A DNA stretch of 57,234 bases, the filler included, from Sphacelaria rigidula (lineage: Eukaryota): the NCBI GenBank assembly GCA_964200075.2. It is 8 parts of 8 records of this genome, joined end to end, with 100 filler letters (N's around TTAATTAATTAA, not from the genome) between each part and the next. Parts side by side here need not be neighbours in the genome. Positions count along the whole stretch, not along the records: positions 7,168 to 14,234 come from CAXNAA020016656.1; positions 14,335 to 21,401 come from CAXNAA020016657.1; positions 21,502 to 28,568 come from CAXNAA020016658.1; 5 more parts are not named here. One strand, written 5' to 3'. Every line of letters begins with the position of its first letter. Position 1 is the stretch's first letter. The translations under genes were made by a program, and so were the position numbers. The notes beneath the pieces are model-generated. The model saw only the letters and a list, made by a program, of their open reading frames with translations. It was not told the DNA's origin and did not search any database. Below, in pieces: positions 10,917 to 23,073 of this stretch.

Positions 10917-11021
10917 TGAACCTGCACGTACGTGTACTGGAGGTGGACTACTCTACAGATCCCACGGTAGGGGTGCACAAAATATTTCTACCGTTTGAAT
11001 TTGTAGGAGCCCTCCATCTCA

Positions 11022-11045
11022 TTAGGGTTAGGGTTAGGGTTAGGG
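11022..11045 (+). repeat. Interstitial telomeric repeat (TTAGGG)4
   Basis: Four exact units followed by an inverted cctaaccctagg. Confidence 0.9.
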
Positions 11046-11493
11046 CCTAACCCTAGGATGAGCGAGGCCATACATCACAGCCGGATGATCCAGTCGGTTT
11101 TTTTATTTCGAAAATATGCATTGCTGTCGGAGATCCCCAACGTTCACCCCGAATAACACAGTCTAGCCGCAGTTTTTGCGGTGAAAAACATTTACGACAT
11201 AGGTTACACGCGTTCTCGGTGCTCTGTCGCGACAACTCATCCCTACGTGTGCCATACGTGCGTACTGCCTGCGTTGGTACCAAACACATCGCGGGGATTT
11301 GGGTCTGTCGTCCAATTGGCAACTCCGTAAGACTTCCCCAGGCACAGAACTTTTGTAAACCTTTACTCGGTGTTCAGGCACAGACTGGTCCGCCGCGAGG
11401 TGTTGTGTTGCGTGTGGTGTGCGGTTGTGCGGTGTTGCTCCCCGGTTGTGCGATACCGATCTTCAATTTCGACGCACACTTCTTTGAACACAC

Positions 11494-11679
11494 CTCGAGA
11501 AGACCTGGTCGATCATGATGTGGGTATGTCCAACCATCATGGAGTTGACCTCCACCCGTCCGATTACGCCCCGAGCAACCAGAGAACCCAGGTACGTTAA
11601 GACGATATGGTTCTTGTTCTCCCCCACACAGTTGTCGAATTGGGGGTACAGTTCGTCGATGTACGCTAGGGTGCCGTCG
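11494..11679 (-). CDS. Exon of a Sola/DUF7869-like DDD transposase
   Basis: DGTLAYIDELYPQFDNCVGENKNHIVLTYLGSLVARGVIGRVEVNSMMVGHTHIMIDQVFSR (DNC.xENKN and VGHTH.xIDQ.FS motifs), bounded by cag| and |gtgtgt splice sites. Confidence 0.75.
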
Positions 11680-12869
11680 CTGCAGTGCGTGTCGAACAGT
11701 CGCGTCCGAGCCCGGTGAATGGAGGTGCATACAAGATTGCTATCTGCGAAATAAGTACACGGCAGAGTGGTGGGGGGTTGGCGGGACGGACAGTGTGCGA
11801 TGTTCGTTTGGTTTGTGGAAGAGATGCTGTGGTGGACTGTGGTGCAGCACCCGTGGACAGATAGCACCCTGTGGGGCGCACTGTGCAGGGTCCGCACAGG
11901 GTCCTCCACAGTCTTTGTGGAAAAACCCTGACAGTGAAAAGCCAAATCTGTACCCCTCGTAGCGTTATGATACGGTTTTCCCCAGGGTTGGATTTGCAGC
12001 CCTATGTAGGCACGTCGGCAAAGCCCTGCACAGTCCTGTGGTAGTGTTTTGGTAAAAAAAAACCCTGCCTTTTTTTCCAATTCCAAATATTTTGGTACAA
12101 AATCTGCATATTTACATATTTTCAATGAACAGCTTGCCCTCCTGCCCGAGGTAAATTCCTCTTTACCCGTTTGAATCGAGCGAAAAGGAATTTATTTTGG
12201 ACAGCAGGACAAGCTATTCAAAACAGATCCTTTTTCCGCCCGATTTATTTCGGCAAAAAAGAGGATTTATTTCGAACAGCTTCTTCTGCTGCGCAAATCC
12301 CATGCACACTGGCAGATTCGGAATTTTGAACAGCAGAAGAAGCTCGAAATAAATATCTACTTTTCCCTCCAATTCATCCAGAGATTGGGGGAAAAGAGAT
12401 TCATTGCGAGCAGCGTCAGCTGCTGGGCAAATCCCGCATACTGCATCGTCACCAGCGCATGGGATCCGACACGCAGAAAAAGTTGCTGAAAGGTATTCAT
12501 CCTTTTGCCTCCCAGTCCGTATGTACATGGGCTGAAGGGTGAATAGCTCTCAACAGCTTTCGCTGAATAGAGATCCCACACGTTGGATACGTGTGTATGT
12601 CCACACCCGTGTTTCGTCTGAAACCCTTGGGAAGGCGTGGAGAGATGCTAAACGGTAGGATATACCTCGTCTATGTATCCACATTTGTCACAAAACCCCG
12701 TATTGCATCGTCTACCAACACGAACCATGTTTAGAAATATCACGTAATCAATCGTATATCAATAGCATAGGTAGACCATCATCACCCCAAGATATATCTA
12801 TACTCCGTATATATATCACCGCACACAAATCGAACACCAATGAATGCACCCGCCCGCACAACAGTATTG

Positions 12870-14005
12870 TTCCGCCCGGCTATACCACCACAACCCCGCA
12901 GCAAAGAGCACGGATTGGGCACAGGGATATAGACACATACACACTGCCGTGCGTGTGGATATGATGTATTTCTCGTTGGTGGAAACTTGAGCACCTTCTT
13001 TCATGGCCGCGACATCGCGCGGCGACGACATACGCGGGGTGCGTATATATAGGCGCGGGTGCGAGGGACAATAATCAACCGGCCGCCTATATGTTATGCA
13101 TATACACACTCACCATCATATGCATGCTGCAGACGCACCGCGATATAACATATAGTGCAGCATACAGGCCGCGTACGATATGCTGCACGCTGTTCAAGTC
13201 CTTTTCACGTCGCACTGTAGGTAGAGAACATACACATACATTGTCCTGCTCTGTCTGTACTGTACTTTTCCCCTTCCCTTTCACGCCCTACTTACTATGC
13301 TGCAGCAGCTGTGCGCGCAAACATGATGTGGAACGCGCGCGTGAAAAACTGGAGTTCGTGACGGTATATAACACCCGCTCTGTATATTATCAAAATAAGC
13401 TGCAGGCATCTACATTGTATTTATAGCCAGCCATCTGCAGTACATGGCGCCGCACGTATAAGCACGACGGTATAGCGCACTGTCCCGCATGCAATGGTAT
13501 TGTACAGTCCAGTACAGTTTATTGGTGTGAATATATATCCCGAGTACGCAGTATCAACCGCACGCGATGAGATGGTTCATTATCCCTTGTATATTGTTTT
13601 AGTTTCGTCGACGCGGGACTAGGGAGTTTTCATCAGGTATATGCATCCACGACCGAGGTCAAATGCGATCCATTACCATGACGTCAGCTGCAACAAAAGC
13701 TTGCGTGCAGTATGTGGGACTTGAACAGCTGAAGCTGCTCGCGAGCAAGTTCTTTCTCCACCCAATTTCAGGTATTCTTGGTGGTGTACAAATTTCATCT
13801 GCTATATAAAGTGTATATGGGATTATCTGTACAGCTGAAGCTCTTCAAAATGAATTATTTTCCCCCTATATTCCAAGTTTGGAATTAGGATTTATTTCGA
13901 ACAGCAGCGGCTGTCCAAATTCCAGATTTCCATTACACTCGTGCCTCTAAAACCAATGCGGGGGATTTCAGTGTTATTGACACGGACCTTCGAGGGCCCC
14001 CAAAA
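12870..14005. mobile_element. Diverged copy of the CACAC-ended element family of contig 4
   Basis: 13180-13290 is the reverse complement of ~24090-24200; 13705-14005 aligns with ~21927-22240 (ends gaccttcgagggcccc). Confidence 0.75.
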
Positions 14006-14050
14006 TTCAGAAGTACAAAAAGTGTATCCATCCTCCAACGACTACCACGC

Positions 14051-14117
14051 GTAGCTCCGTGTGCAACCAGTGGACACAACGACAATGAAATCTAGGGTTC
14101 GATTCCCTGTCCAACCA
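14051..14117 (+). other. tRNA-derived fragment / possible SINE head
   Basis: T-arm gggTTCGAttccc followed by ...CCA; no convincing full cloverleaf. Confidence 0.35.
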
Positions 14118-14234
14118 CACGAGTTCTTTTTTCCGCCAGTATCTTGCGCCCGCAGCTGCGTGTGGAGGGTAGTGTTTGTGCGTAAACACACTGCACAGCA
14201 TTGCCAGCAGCGATGAACTCTTCTCGGGGCGACG

Positions 14235-14334
14235 NNNNNNNNNNNNNNNNNNNNNNNNNNNNNNNNNNNNNNNNNNNNTTAATTAATTAANNNNNNNNNN
14301 NNNNNNNNNNNNNNNNNNNNNNNNNNNNNNNNNN
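14235..14334. other. Artificial contig spacer
   Basis: N44-TTAATTAATTAA-N44. Confidence 0.98.
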
Positions 14335-14399
14335 GATTTGGGGTCTACCAAGGCCTCACTTTGTTCAAAGAATGTATGTACCGCCCTTGCCCGAGGGTT

Positions 14400-14696
14400 C
14401 TCGGTGTGTGTTGGGTTGGATCAACCCAACTAGCCTCCTGGCATTCCAGCGTATCGTGAGCATGGACGAAAAGCTACGCAGTGGCATGCAACATATGTCG
14501 AACAAAAACGGAAGTAACGGTAGGGTCCTCTATATGAATTTTGGATCCATGTCGTTCTCTTCCGATGACGTTGGGCATATTTTACCCGACGAGCCTGAAT
14601 AAGCCTCAAAAGTCGATATGTTCGTCTCTTTTCGTGATTTTGGTCGGTGACACTTTTTTTGCCCAGTTTGGGGGGTCAGGCGCACCCATAACAGTG
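14400..14696 (-). mobile_element. End of a CAC(A/T)G-terminated DNA transposon (CMC-like), nested in a piggyBac-like element
   Basis: Reverse complement of 28178-28500; terminus cactgttatgggtgcgcctgacc versus cacagttataggtgcgcctgacc. Confidence 0.7.
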
Positions 14697-15127
14697 TACT
14701 GTACTATACTGTTGTATGCATGCGCGCCGCAACGCTGATACCCTTTGAAGAGAATTTGCCGCATGCAACGAAGGGGGAAATCGTGGCCCACCCCGACTAC
14801 AAAGGGCTGTGTGTGGCAAGGTGATGGTGACAAAAGTATCACCCAAAGCCACGAGTGGCAGGCGGCCTGCCGGTCGCCGCATCCTGTTGGAAGCTCTTTA
14901 CCGCAACCTATACTGCTTGCTACATCAGATGTACACCACCTAATGCTCAACCTGCACCTGAAAATAGATTACATGAAACTTTCGGTCTTCGTCATAACCC
15001 AGCACTTACATACGCGGATTTTCAGCAACACGNNNNNNNNNNAACACGCCACTGTTTCGTGCAGACGCAAGACACGTCATTCCTGACCAGCCTCATTGGT
15101 CGTTCTGAAGGCCCGGTCCCGAAAGGG
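14697..15127 (+). mobile_element. Partial piggyBac-like non-autonomous element with cargo ORF
   Basis: Ends ...ggtcccgaaaGGG|TTAA; homologous to 20634-21230 and 55444-56045. Confidence 0.75.
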
Positions 15128-15624
15128 TTAAGGGGACTTTTGGCTTCAGACTACTTCGACTTTTTGGATTTTCCCCCAAATGTCACGAGAAAAAATGCCG
15201 CAAAAAAATGCCAACGCTAGATTTCCCGAGTAATACGTAGCCAATCTTGAATCGTTCTATTCTTTTGACCTGGTTAAAGACATGGAATTGTCACATTTTT
15301 CGGGGAAGTTTTTTTTCCTTCCCTTTATCCCGGAAAAATCGGAAAAGTCGGGAAAAAACAACTGCCCCGTTAGTGACGACCTTAACCAACAGTACCAACA
15401 TTCTTCATTTTTCAGACTGCTGTGCCATAACGGGGGAATGGACGCTGCAAAAAGCAGCGTGTTCAAGGAAGCATCGTCGTCCCGAAAAGTCCCGACGGTA
15501 CGATCGGGAAAATGATGGTACAAAACTAGACGCGGGACAGGAAACGAGAGGGACTGCTTAACCCCGTTCGTTCTTCTGGGAAGGGGGGAACACAAACGCA
15601 GCACCACTAGATGCCATACAGTAC

Positions 15625-15794
15625 CTGCGATGCGTTTCTCGGCATACCGGGCAAGGGTTGTCCCTTGCCGTGCTTCCGGGGTCGAAGGCGAGGTCGAGCA
15701 CGTTGTATGGCGGCATGTGGGACAGCAGAATATCCACGCCGGCTGGTATCTTGGCCCACTTGCTCTCCAACTCTGTTCCTCTGCAGCTAAAGCC
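15625..15794 (-). CDS. Metallophosphoesterase (MPPED1/2, 239FB-like), visible exon 4
   Basis: GFSCRGTELESKWAKIPAGVDILLSHMPPYNVLDLAFDPGSTARDNPCPVCRETHR; tag| acceptor, |gtac donor; phase matches the preceding exon. Confidence 0.9.
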
Positions 15795-17014
15795 CTAGTG
15801 AGCGTGGTTATATGGAACAAGGGCCGAGGACGAGAAGGGAGGAGTCATATGCAGTGTGTTGGATTTCATCAGCGCGACCGTGATCATCCGCAAGCGTCAA
15901 GTCACGGCGAAGTGCTGAGCTTGGAAAAACTGAACATCGTGGACAAAATGCGGTCAATAGTTGCAATACAAAGGCGAAAAGTGTAGGTCCATTGCAACTG
16001 CTGTCGTTTTGCCAGGTGTTTCGACCGTGACGAACGGAAAAGAGGGAGGAGAGGGATCCGAGTGCAGCGTTTACAAGAAGGGGGGGCATGGTTTTTCAAC
16101 GGTACCGACAGCGGGAAAATCCTTCGGCAGCAGCATGTACAGCCGATGACATGCCCAATATCTTGGGGTCGAAACTGCAAGACGAGGCCGTTTCGCCCAA
16201 ATAATGTTTGCGAGGGCCAGATTCAAAACATGAAATTGGACGCCTTCCTCGTCTCTACCGTAGCAATATGATTGTTTTGAGTTGCATGAAAAATATTTTT
16301 ACACTCGTGATTTCTCGAGGCACCAACTTGTTCCCCCTGCGGTAAAAACGCGCAAGCTCGCCCCCACATACTGCTCGTTCAATATTTCATCAGAGGGTGC
16401 ATGTCATGCACACACTCCAAGTTGCCCTTGCACAGTGCGGAAAATGGCAGCGCTGTTGTATTCAAGACAAGACTTGCGCTCCTGACCTACCCTCGAGCTG
16501 AATGATACGGAAGGGCAGGGGGGGGGGAGATAAACACGACTCGGTGAATTCTGGTTGCGTAGAATGAGTACACGACAGGTCATGTTCCAGCACGTGTTCA
16601 GCACGAGAAAGTCGGTTGTGCACACAACGTCATTCGCCGGATTGTTCGCCTACAGGAATAATGGGACGCAGAGCTTCTACACTGGAAAAGCGTCACGTTT
16701 CGTCGAAGTGACCCCCTGATGCTACACGGCTGTGTCCGAGTATCGTGTTTCAGGTGATTCGATGCATGCGACATCTCCGTCAGTACCACGGCAGAATGGG
16801 GCAGCAGTCACTTACGGAATTCTAAATGGCCACAGAAAAAAATACAGATGACTTAAATGTGACGTCAACAACAGCCTGCGCCTGAGAATAAACCCCGATT
16901 GAAAATTGCGGGCTGAACCCTACATCCTTTAAACGGGAGGGGGAGGTTGAGACACGCACTAATGCACTGCTCGATGGAACCCCCAAGACTATTTCAGAGC
17001 GGATGCAGACGTAC

Positions 17015-17099
17015 CATGTGGGATGAGTTGGTCCACGGAGTACCAAAAAACGTGAGGCCTTCAATCACAGTGCCTGTATCTTCTAGATATATCGCGTTT
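17015..17099 (-). CDS. Metallophosphoesterase, visible exon 3
   Basis: NAIYLEDTGTVIEGLTFFGTPWTNSSHM (YLED...G.PW motif); AG/GT boundaries, 85 bp, phase-consistent. Confidence 0.9.
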
Positions 17100-17859
17100 C
17101 TGATCAAGTGGACAAAACAAGATACAGAGCGAGACAGGAAAACAAAGAAGGTCGCGTCCCGTGTAGGCATGGGAGGGGGGGGTGAGGGTGAGTGGGACAA
17201 AATGGTGATATCAGATCATCGACCGGCAAAGGGGGTATACCAACCATTCTCTCCCGCGTTCCCCTGCTTTTGTGACACTATTAGACGAAGAACATTGCCC
17301 CGGGCTGTCTTTTCCGTGTAGTAGGTCATAGCGACCGCTAGTGTAACGTGCATTGCGATACTCCCCCCCCCCCGCCCAGCAGTAGGCACCGCTTGGCGAC
17401 CCACCTTAGAGGCGAGCATCGCGGGCTATCACGTAACGGCACAGGCAGGTCACGATGGACAGCTCATGCTGGTCGATATTACCCGATGTTATCGCCCGCG
17501 GTACGGCTTACACATGTACATAGGAGAAGTTGCGAACTCGCAAACTTCGGCGGGCATATTGCACAGCGCGCGAGCTAACGGATGCGACTTAGGCATCGAG
17601 GAGTTGTTACGGGACATGGGTCTGCCGCCCAAAATAGACACCGGCGTGGGATCGGACACAGCAACGGATGAGGAGTATAGCGGAGGAAAGGCTATGCACA
17701 CCAGTCGAGGGCCAAACACGACCGCAAACACATGGTGTACGGGGATTTTATATAATAATGTTCATCCGGGAGAGGGATCCTTTTGTTGTTGCACCCGTGA
17801 CCGTGGGGTCGGCAAAAACAGAGGAGTTTTTTTTTTTCTTCTTTTTCGATTAGGGTCAC

Positions 17860-17929
17860 CTTATACGACGTTGTATCTGCTCCCTTGAGTAGGAGTTAAA
17901 CGCGATCTCGTGGTTGCCGGCGATGAGCA
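17860..17929 (-). CDS. Metallophosphoesterase, visible exon 2
   Basis: VLIAGNHEIAFNSYSREQIQRRIR (GNHE motif); AG/GT boundaries, 70 bp. Confidence 0.92.
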
Positions 17930-18596
17930 CTAGAGAACCGAAAGAGGAGGAGGCATCAAGCGATGGAAGAGGGGGGCACGATGTGTAAACAAGGAACAAC
18001 AGTAGCACACAAACTCTCTGTCCCCCACACATGCACACCTACACGAAGACGACAAGTACACAGACATGACGTACGCGGCACGATACGACACAAACAAAAA
18101 ACACACACCACGGCCACTCACGGCGAGAAAAAAAGGGACACGGGGAGGGGCGGAGGGGCGGGAGGCAGGACTTTACCGACAACCTGCGCTTGAGATATTT
18201 GACCCCAACAATAAAAGCTTGGGGATAGTGTCTTATCCGCAACTACGCCTCCATCGTTAGACAGTGAAGGGGGGGCGCACTCATTTGTTGCTTGCCTTAG
18301 TCATTTGACCATTGACCACGCATCCCTTTCGAGACCGAGCATCGAGACGCGAGGGGGGGGGGGGGGGGTGGAGNNNNNNNNNNCCTCGTTTTTCGTTTGC
18401 CTTAGTAATGTATCTTTCGACTGCGGCTCCCTTTCTCGGTGGCGCCGCGACGCGGGGGGGGGGGGGGGGGGATTGTGGAACATACAAAGAGTGTGCTTCA
18501 TGTACACAACAACGCCACATGACAGAAATGCAGGCAGCACAGTCCATGTCTCGAGGAAGGTACGTGCTGGCATCGCAACGGGCGAGCGTATGTTAC

Positions 18597-18713
18597 CTTT
18601 GTGACGGTGTGGCAAGGAGCCTAGGAAGCGGTCGAAATCTTCCGTGGCTGATTCGAAATCTCGCTGGGAGAGCTTTGTGGCAAAATCTCCGCAGTGAACA
18701 AGGATGTCTCCAT
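18597..18713 (-). CDS. Metallophosphoesterase, visible exon 1
   Basis: DGDILVHCGDFATKLSQRDFESATEDFDRFLGSLPHRHK (GD motif); AG/GT boundaries, 117 bp. The N-terminal DTH and C-terminal GHxH exons were not found in the contig. Confidence 0.92.
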
Positions 18714-20633
18714 CTGCACAAGAAGAAAAATGATCGAATATGTCCCGAATGGGATGTCGAAGGGTCGGGAGACGAAAGCAGAGCAAACGTCGGCGACGAG
18801 AACTAGAACATGAAGAAAAAATCAACTGGCGGGTATTTCCCGCCTTGGTGCCAGCCTTGACCAACAGGGGGCCTATGTGAACAAGGATGGCAAGATTTAC
18901 TCCCGCCTCCGCGCGGATTCCATATCGTTACCCTCTAGAATTGCCATTAGAAAGTGTTCTTGTTCCCTGAATCACCGCAGCATCATGCATCATCATCCCT
19001 TCAAGTGACGCAGCGCAAAAAACGCCTTGGGTCGCCGAAACTGCTGCGTCAACACCCACCTGGTGTACTGTGTTGGGGCGCGTAATCTCCAAAAATACCG
19101 CCCCCATATTATTGAAAAGGAACAAGACTATACATCTGGAATGAAACTATCCATGAGATCCACAACAGTGAAATTCCTCCGTAAACCTTGCGCAAGAAAC
19201 AACAAACAGACAAGGGAAGTTTTTTCTCAAGGCCAGAGAGGCCACGGACGATCTTTTCCCTTGTCGCACTCCCCGCCGGTTTGGGCGAAATCTCGTCGCC
19301 CAAGTTGTCGCCATCTAATATTTGTCTGGTGAAAGGGGGAAACGAATATTTGATCCCTTGACATCACCGATTTGTCTCAAGGGAAAAGGCTCGAAGTGTG
19401 ACGTGAGAATCAAGAAAACCGATAGCAACGGGCTAGAGCTCTCTGACAGAAACCGTTTCACCCCCCGTAGACGAACAACGATGCGCGAGACTCATTTCAA
19501 GAGGCGAACATGGAATCGTTCCAGTAGGTGAGTAGAAGGCATTTTTTTCTTCCGTTTTTTTGGGGGGGAGGGGGGACTCATGATCTTGCAGCCCCTTTGG
19601 TACTCTTCAAGGAGTGCGTGCAGCGCTCAAACTTGCTCGTTGACGTCATCATAAAGTTCATATTTCAAATCATACAATAATCCCGCCGCGTGTAGTTCCT
19701 CCCCCCTCGGGTCCGAGGAGAGCTGCTTGCCGGGAATGGAAGGAGGCTCATCACGGGGTGGGTTTTGAAAGCATTTCGTTAACAAGTAGACCATCCGGCA
19801 CACAGGTCGTCAAAATGGATACTGTACGATGCGTCCCAGGTATCAAACTGCACGCTGGGCCAGCGTAGGAGCAGATCTGTAGGTTTTACGCCCTTTCTCG
19901 CCTCAAACTTGTGAGTTGGATTTTCAAATTTGAGGTGAGAATGGGTGATAAAGAGCCGAGGCCGGTCAAGATTCGGAACAGTACTTTGCAGGCCATTCAC
20001 CAGCTCAGTTTTGGTGGTTGTGCTTCGAAATTTCATGTGGAGAATTACCACGGCATCACGAAAAAAAATTGGGACATGGTAATCTTCCATTTTCTGCTCT
20101 TGTGATTCTCCATAAATTACCCAGTAATTCGAGAAACTGAGTTAACCCTTTTGGCACTGGCGATAGAAAAGTGTGGATACCGGTGTGCTGTTTTTTTAAC
20201 CACATGTGGTTGAGTTTTGATAGTTTTCACGAAAAACTAGAAGCCCGAAGCGTCTTGTCAGACCCGTATGAAAAATGTATCCCAGTGCAGTACCCTAGTA
20301 CAGCAGAGGACTAAATGATTATGTAGAAAATAGACAGGTGGTGGTGATTTTTCATTGTACAGCGTTCAGGCACGCAAGGGCCGATAGTGGCTGTGTGTAC
20401 AAAGTCACACACACTGACCCGTTGCGTCCCCTTATTGGAAAAAACTAATCTGACCGCACCGGCGCGACATTTTTGGTGCGCGCATGACGAATACTCGTGC
20501 TCTCGTCTGTGACCTGCTGCCGTAAAAATGTTCACCGTCAGTCTTTCTTGTTCCCATATTTCTTTTTCGTCAGGGCTTGAAATAATGAGGCGTCCCACCC
20601 GGGGACGGAAAGGGAGGGTTCTCAAAGGCCTAA

Positions 20634-21230
20634 CCCTATCGTGACTGGGCCTCCAATACGACCGATGAAGTTGTTAGAACGACCAATAACGTGCCTGGCG
20701 TCTGCACGAAACAGGGCCTTCATGTTGCTGAAAATCCATTTGTGTAACCGCAGAGTGAGGAGGAAGATCGAAAGTTTTATCCAATCTATTTTCAGGTGAA
20801 GGGTGCGCATTACGTGGTGTACATCTGATGTAACAAGCAGTATGGGTCGTGGTCAAGAGTTTCCAACAGAATGCGGCGACCGGCGGGCCGCCTGCCTTTT
20901 GTGGCTTTGGATGATATTGTTGTCCCCATCACCTCGTCACACAGCCTTTTGTGGTCGGGGTTGGCCGCGATTTCCCTCCTCATTGCAAGCGGCAAATATA
21001 TTCGAAGGGTATAGGCGTTGCGGCGTACATACACACAGGATACAGCAGCAAAGTGCAGTACGCCTCTCCGACTGCAACAGCAGCTGCCGCTGCATACTCC
21101 CCTACATGTTATGGGCAGTTCTCAGATACCGAAATCAGCGACCTATATACCGCTTCTTCGTCCGCGTCCAGTACATACTTGTTCACTGTGTTCTACAAGG
21201 CATCGGCCGAAGGTAGGCGAAACTCATGAC
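20634..21230 (-). mobile_element. piggyBac-like non-autonomous element with cargo ORF (decayed)
   Basis: ctaa|CCCTatcgtgactgggcc terminus; ORF remnant MSFAY..SADAL*NTVNKYVLDADEEAVYRSLISVSENC. Another TTAA|CCCT terminus lies at 20146. Confidence 0.75.
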
Positions 21231-21401
21231 AGTAGCCGGTTCTCTCGTTCCACCGCCCACCTGGGTTTAGTGCCCCATGAAAATGACCACTTTGTAGCAT
21301 GGACGACTTTCCCGGTTCCCCCCCCCCTGGTGAGACACCCAGGAGGCAGTCTAAAGGCTGTGGCTGTCTCTGGAAGTGGCGATACCAGATAATAAAGCAA
21401 C

Positions 21402-21501
21402 NNNNNNNNNNNNNNNNNNNNNNNNNNNNNNNNNNNNNNNNNNNNTTAATTAATTAANNNNNNNNNNNNNNNNNNNNNNNNNNNNNNNNNNNNNNNNNNN
21501 N
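21402..21501. other. Artificial contig spacer
   Basis: N44-TTAATTAATTAA-N44. Confidence 0.98.
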
Positions 21502-21555
21502 TTTTGAGTTGAACCTCATTTTTTTTTTCCAACCCCATTTTCGAGAATCGGCTGT

Positions 21556-22357
21556 TTATTGTTGTGATGATCACATATATCACCATCAACGCACAGGATA
21601 AACCACGATCATATTTCTTCGCGTGTTCACTCGAAAAAATGCTTCACTTTGGTGTTCGAATGGTAAACACCGGACGACGGGATTTTCAAAACCTGTATGT
21701 TTAGATAGGTGAGGTTCATACAGCTCACACATCATCATCACAACAAGTTAAACTTGGCATGGCTGTGTGTACATACACCCGCAATCGGTGTATGGGATTT
21801 GAAACCAGTCGAGGCTGTTGAAGACTTCGATCCGCTTGCCCAAGTGATATGTATGAAATGGGGGGCAAGAGGATGAGTTCTCAACGACTTCTGCTGTCTC
21901 TCGATTCTCATCCACTAATAACGGTGCAGTACGTGGGAGTTGAACAGCAAAAGCTTCTCGCAAATAAGTCTTCTTGCCAAATTCCAGGTATTGGCGGGCA
22001 AAATTAGGATCTATTTCGAACAGTTTCTGGTGTGCGAATTCCATTTGCGAGTGTATTTGGAATTTGAACAGCCTCTGCTGTTCGAAATAAATCATTATTG
22101 CCTGATGGCAATAATTGAGAATCAGGATTTATTCCGAACAGCAGAGACTGTTCAAATTCCAAAATTCCAGAGCACTTGTGCCTCCAAAAACAACCCAGGA
22201 AAGTTTAATATCGACACTGACCTTCGAGGGCCCCAACATTGAAAATCCTCTAGAGGATTACGAATACCCAAGACCCTCTAGGGAGGATTTCAAAACAGAC
22301 GGAACCGAGGATGACGTTTGAAAATTCCTTGACGAGGTAGCCGAATGACCGCGTGTG
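21556..22357 (-). mobile_element. Partial CACAC-ended DNA transposon (copy A)
   Basis: ~800-bp inverted copy of 23074-23863, ending ...gaatgaccgcgtgtg. Confidence 0.85.
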
Positions 22358-23073
22358 ATATTGAATATGAGTTTTTGGCCAAGAACGAAACTGTGACCTA
22401 CGGAAAACGCAAAGGTGCTCTGGAACGGTCTCAGCGAGTAGACCAAGTCATTCGAAGGTGCCAACATCCGCTGAGCCCTCTTTTCGGGGAAAAAATGACG
22501 GAGAAGGACCAAAAAAGAAGTAGTCAGGCTACTTGTTATGTATCGAAAAATAATACTTGTTGAAAAGTGCTTTTTTGGCCCTTCTCCGTCGTTTTCTCCC
22601 CGAAAAGAGGACTAGGGGGCTGTTGACACTTTGGAATGACTTGCTGTACCCGCTGAGTCCAAGAGCACATTTGCGTTTCCGTAGGTCACGGTTTCGTTTT
22701 CGGCCAAACTTGCATATTCAATAACACTTGAGTGACCAAGAAAATATCAGATATCCCCCTGTTTTTATATAACTTGACGGTTTGTTATTGAATATGCAAG
22801 TTTGGCCAAAAACGAAACCGTGACCTACGGAAACGCAAAGGTGCTCTTGGACTCAGCGGATACAGCAAGTCATTCCAAGGTGTCAACAGCCGCCTTGCGC
22901 TCTTTTCGGGGGGAAAACGACGGAGAAGGGCCAAAAATGCACTTTTCAACAAGTAAAGTTTCATTTTTTGATTCGACAGAAGTAGCTTAAGGCTACTTCT
23001 TATATAAAACTAATGAAATTTTATTGAAAAGTACATTTTTGACCCTTCTCCATCGTTTTTCGTCCAAAAATAG
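22358..23073. repeat. Array of ~150-200-bp units in alternating orientation
   Basis: Unit core ttggccaagaacgaaactgtgacctacggaaaacgcaaaggtgctct...gtcattccaaggtg...gacggagaagg recurs direct and inverted; also at 24900-25440 and ~48870-49010. Confidence 0.8.

Noticed and set aside
11022-11045. True chromosome end
   Set aside because: Only four units, internal to a contig.
18800-18920. dUTPase-like motif (LLVKAGTK...QLIF)
   Set aside because: Only a loose match; the GxIDxDY and RS motifs are absent.
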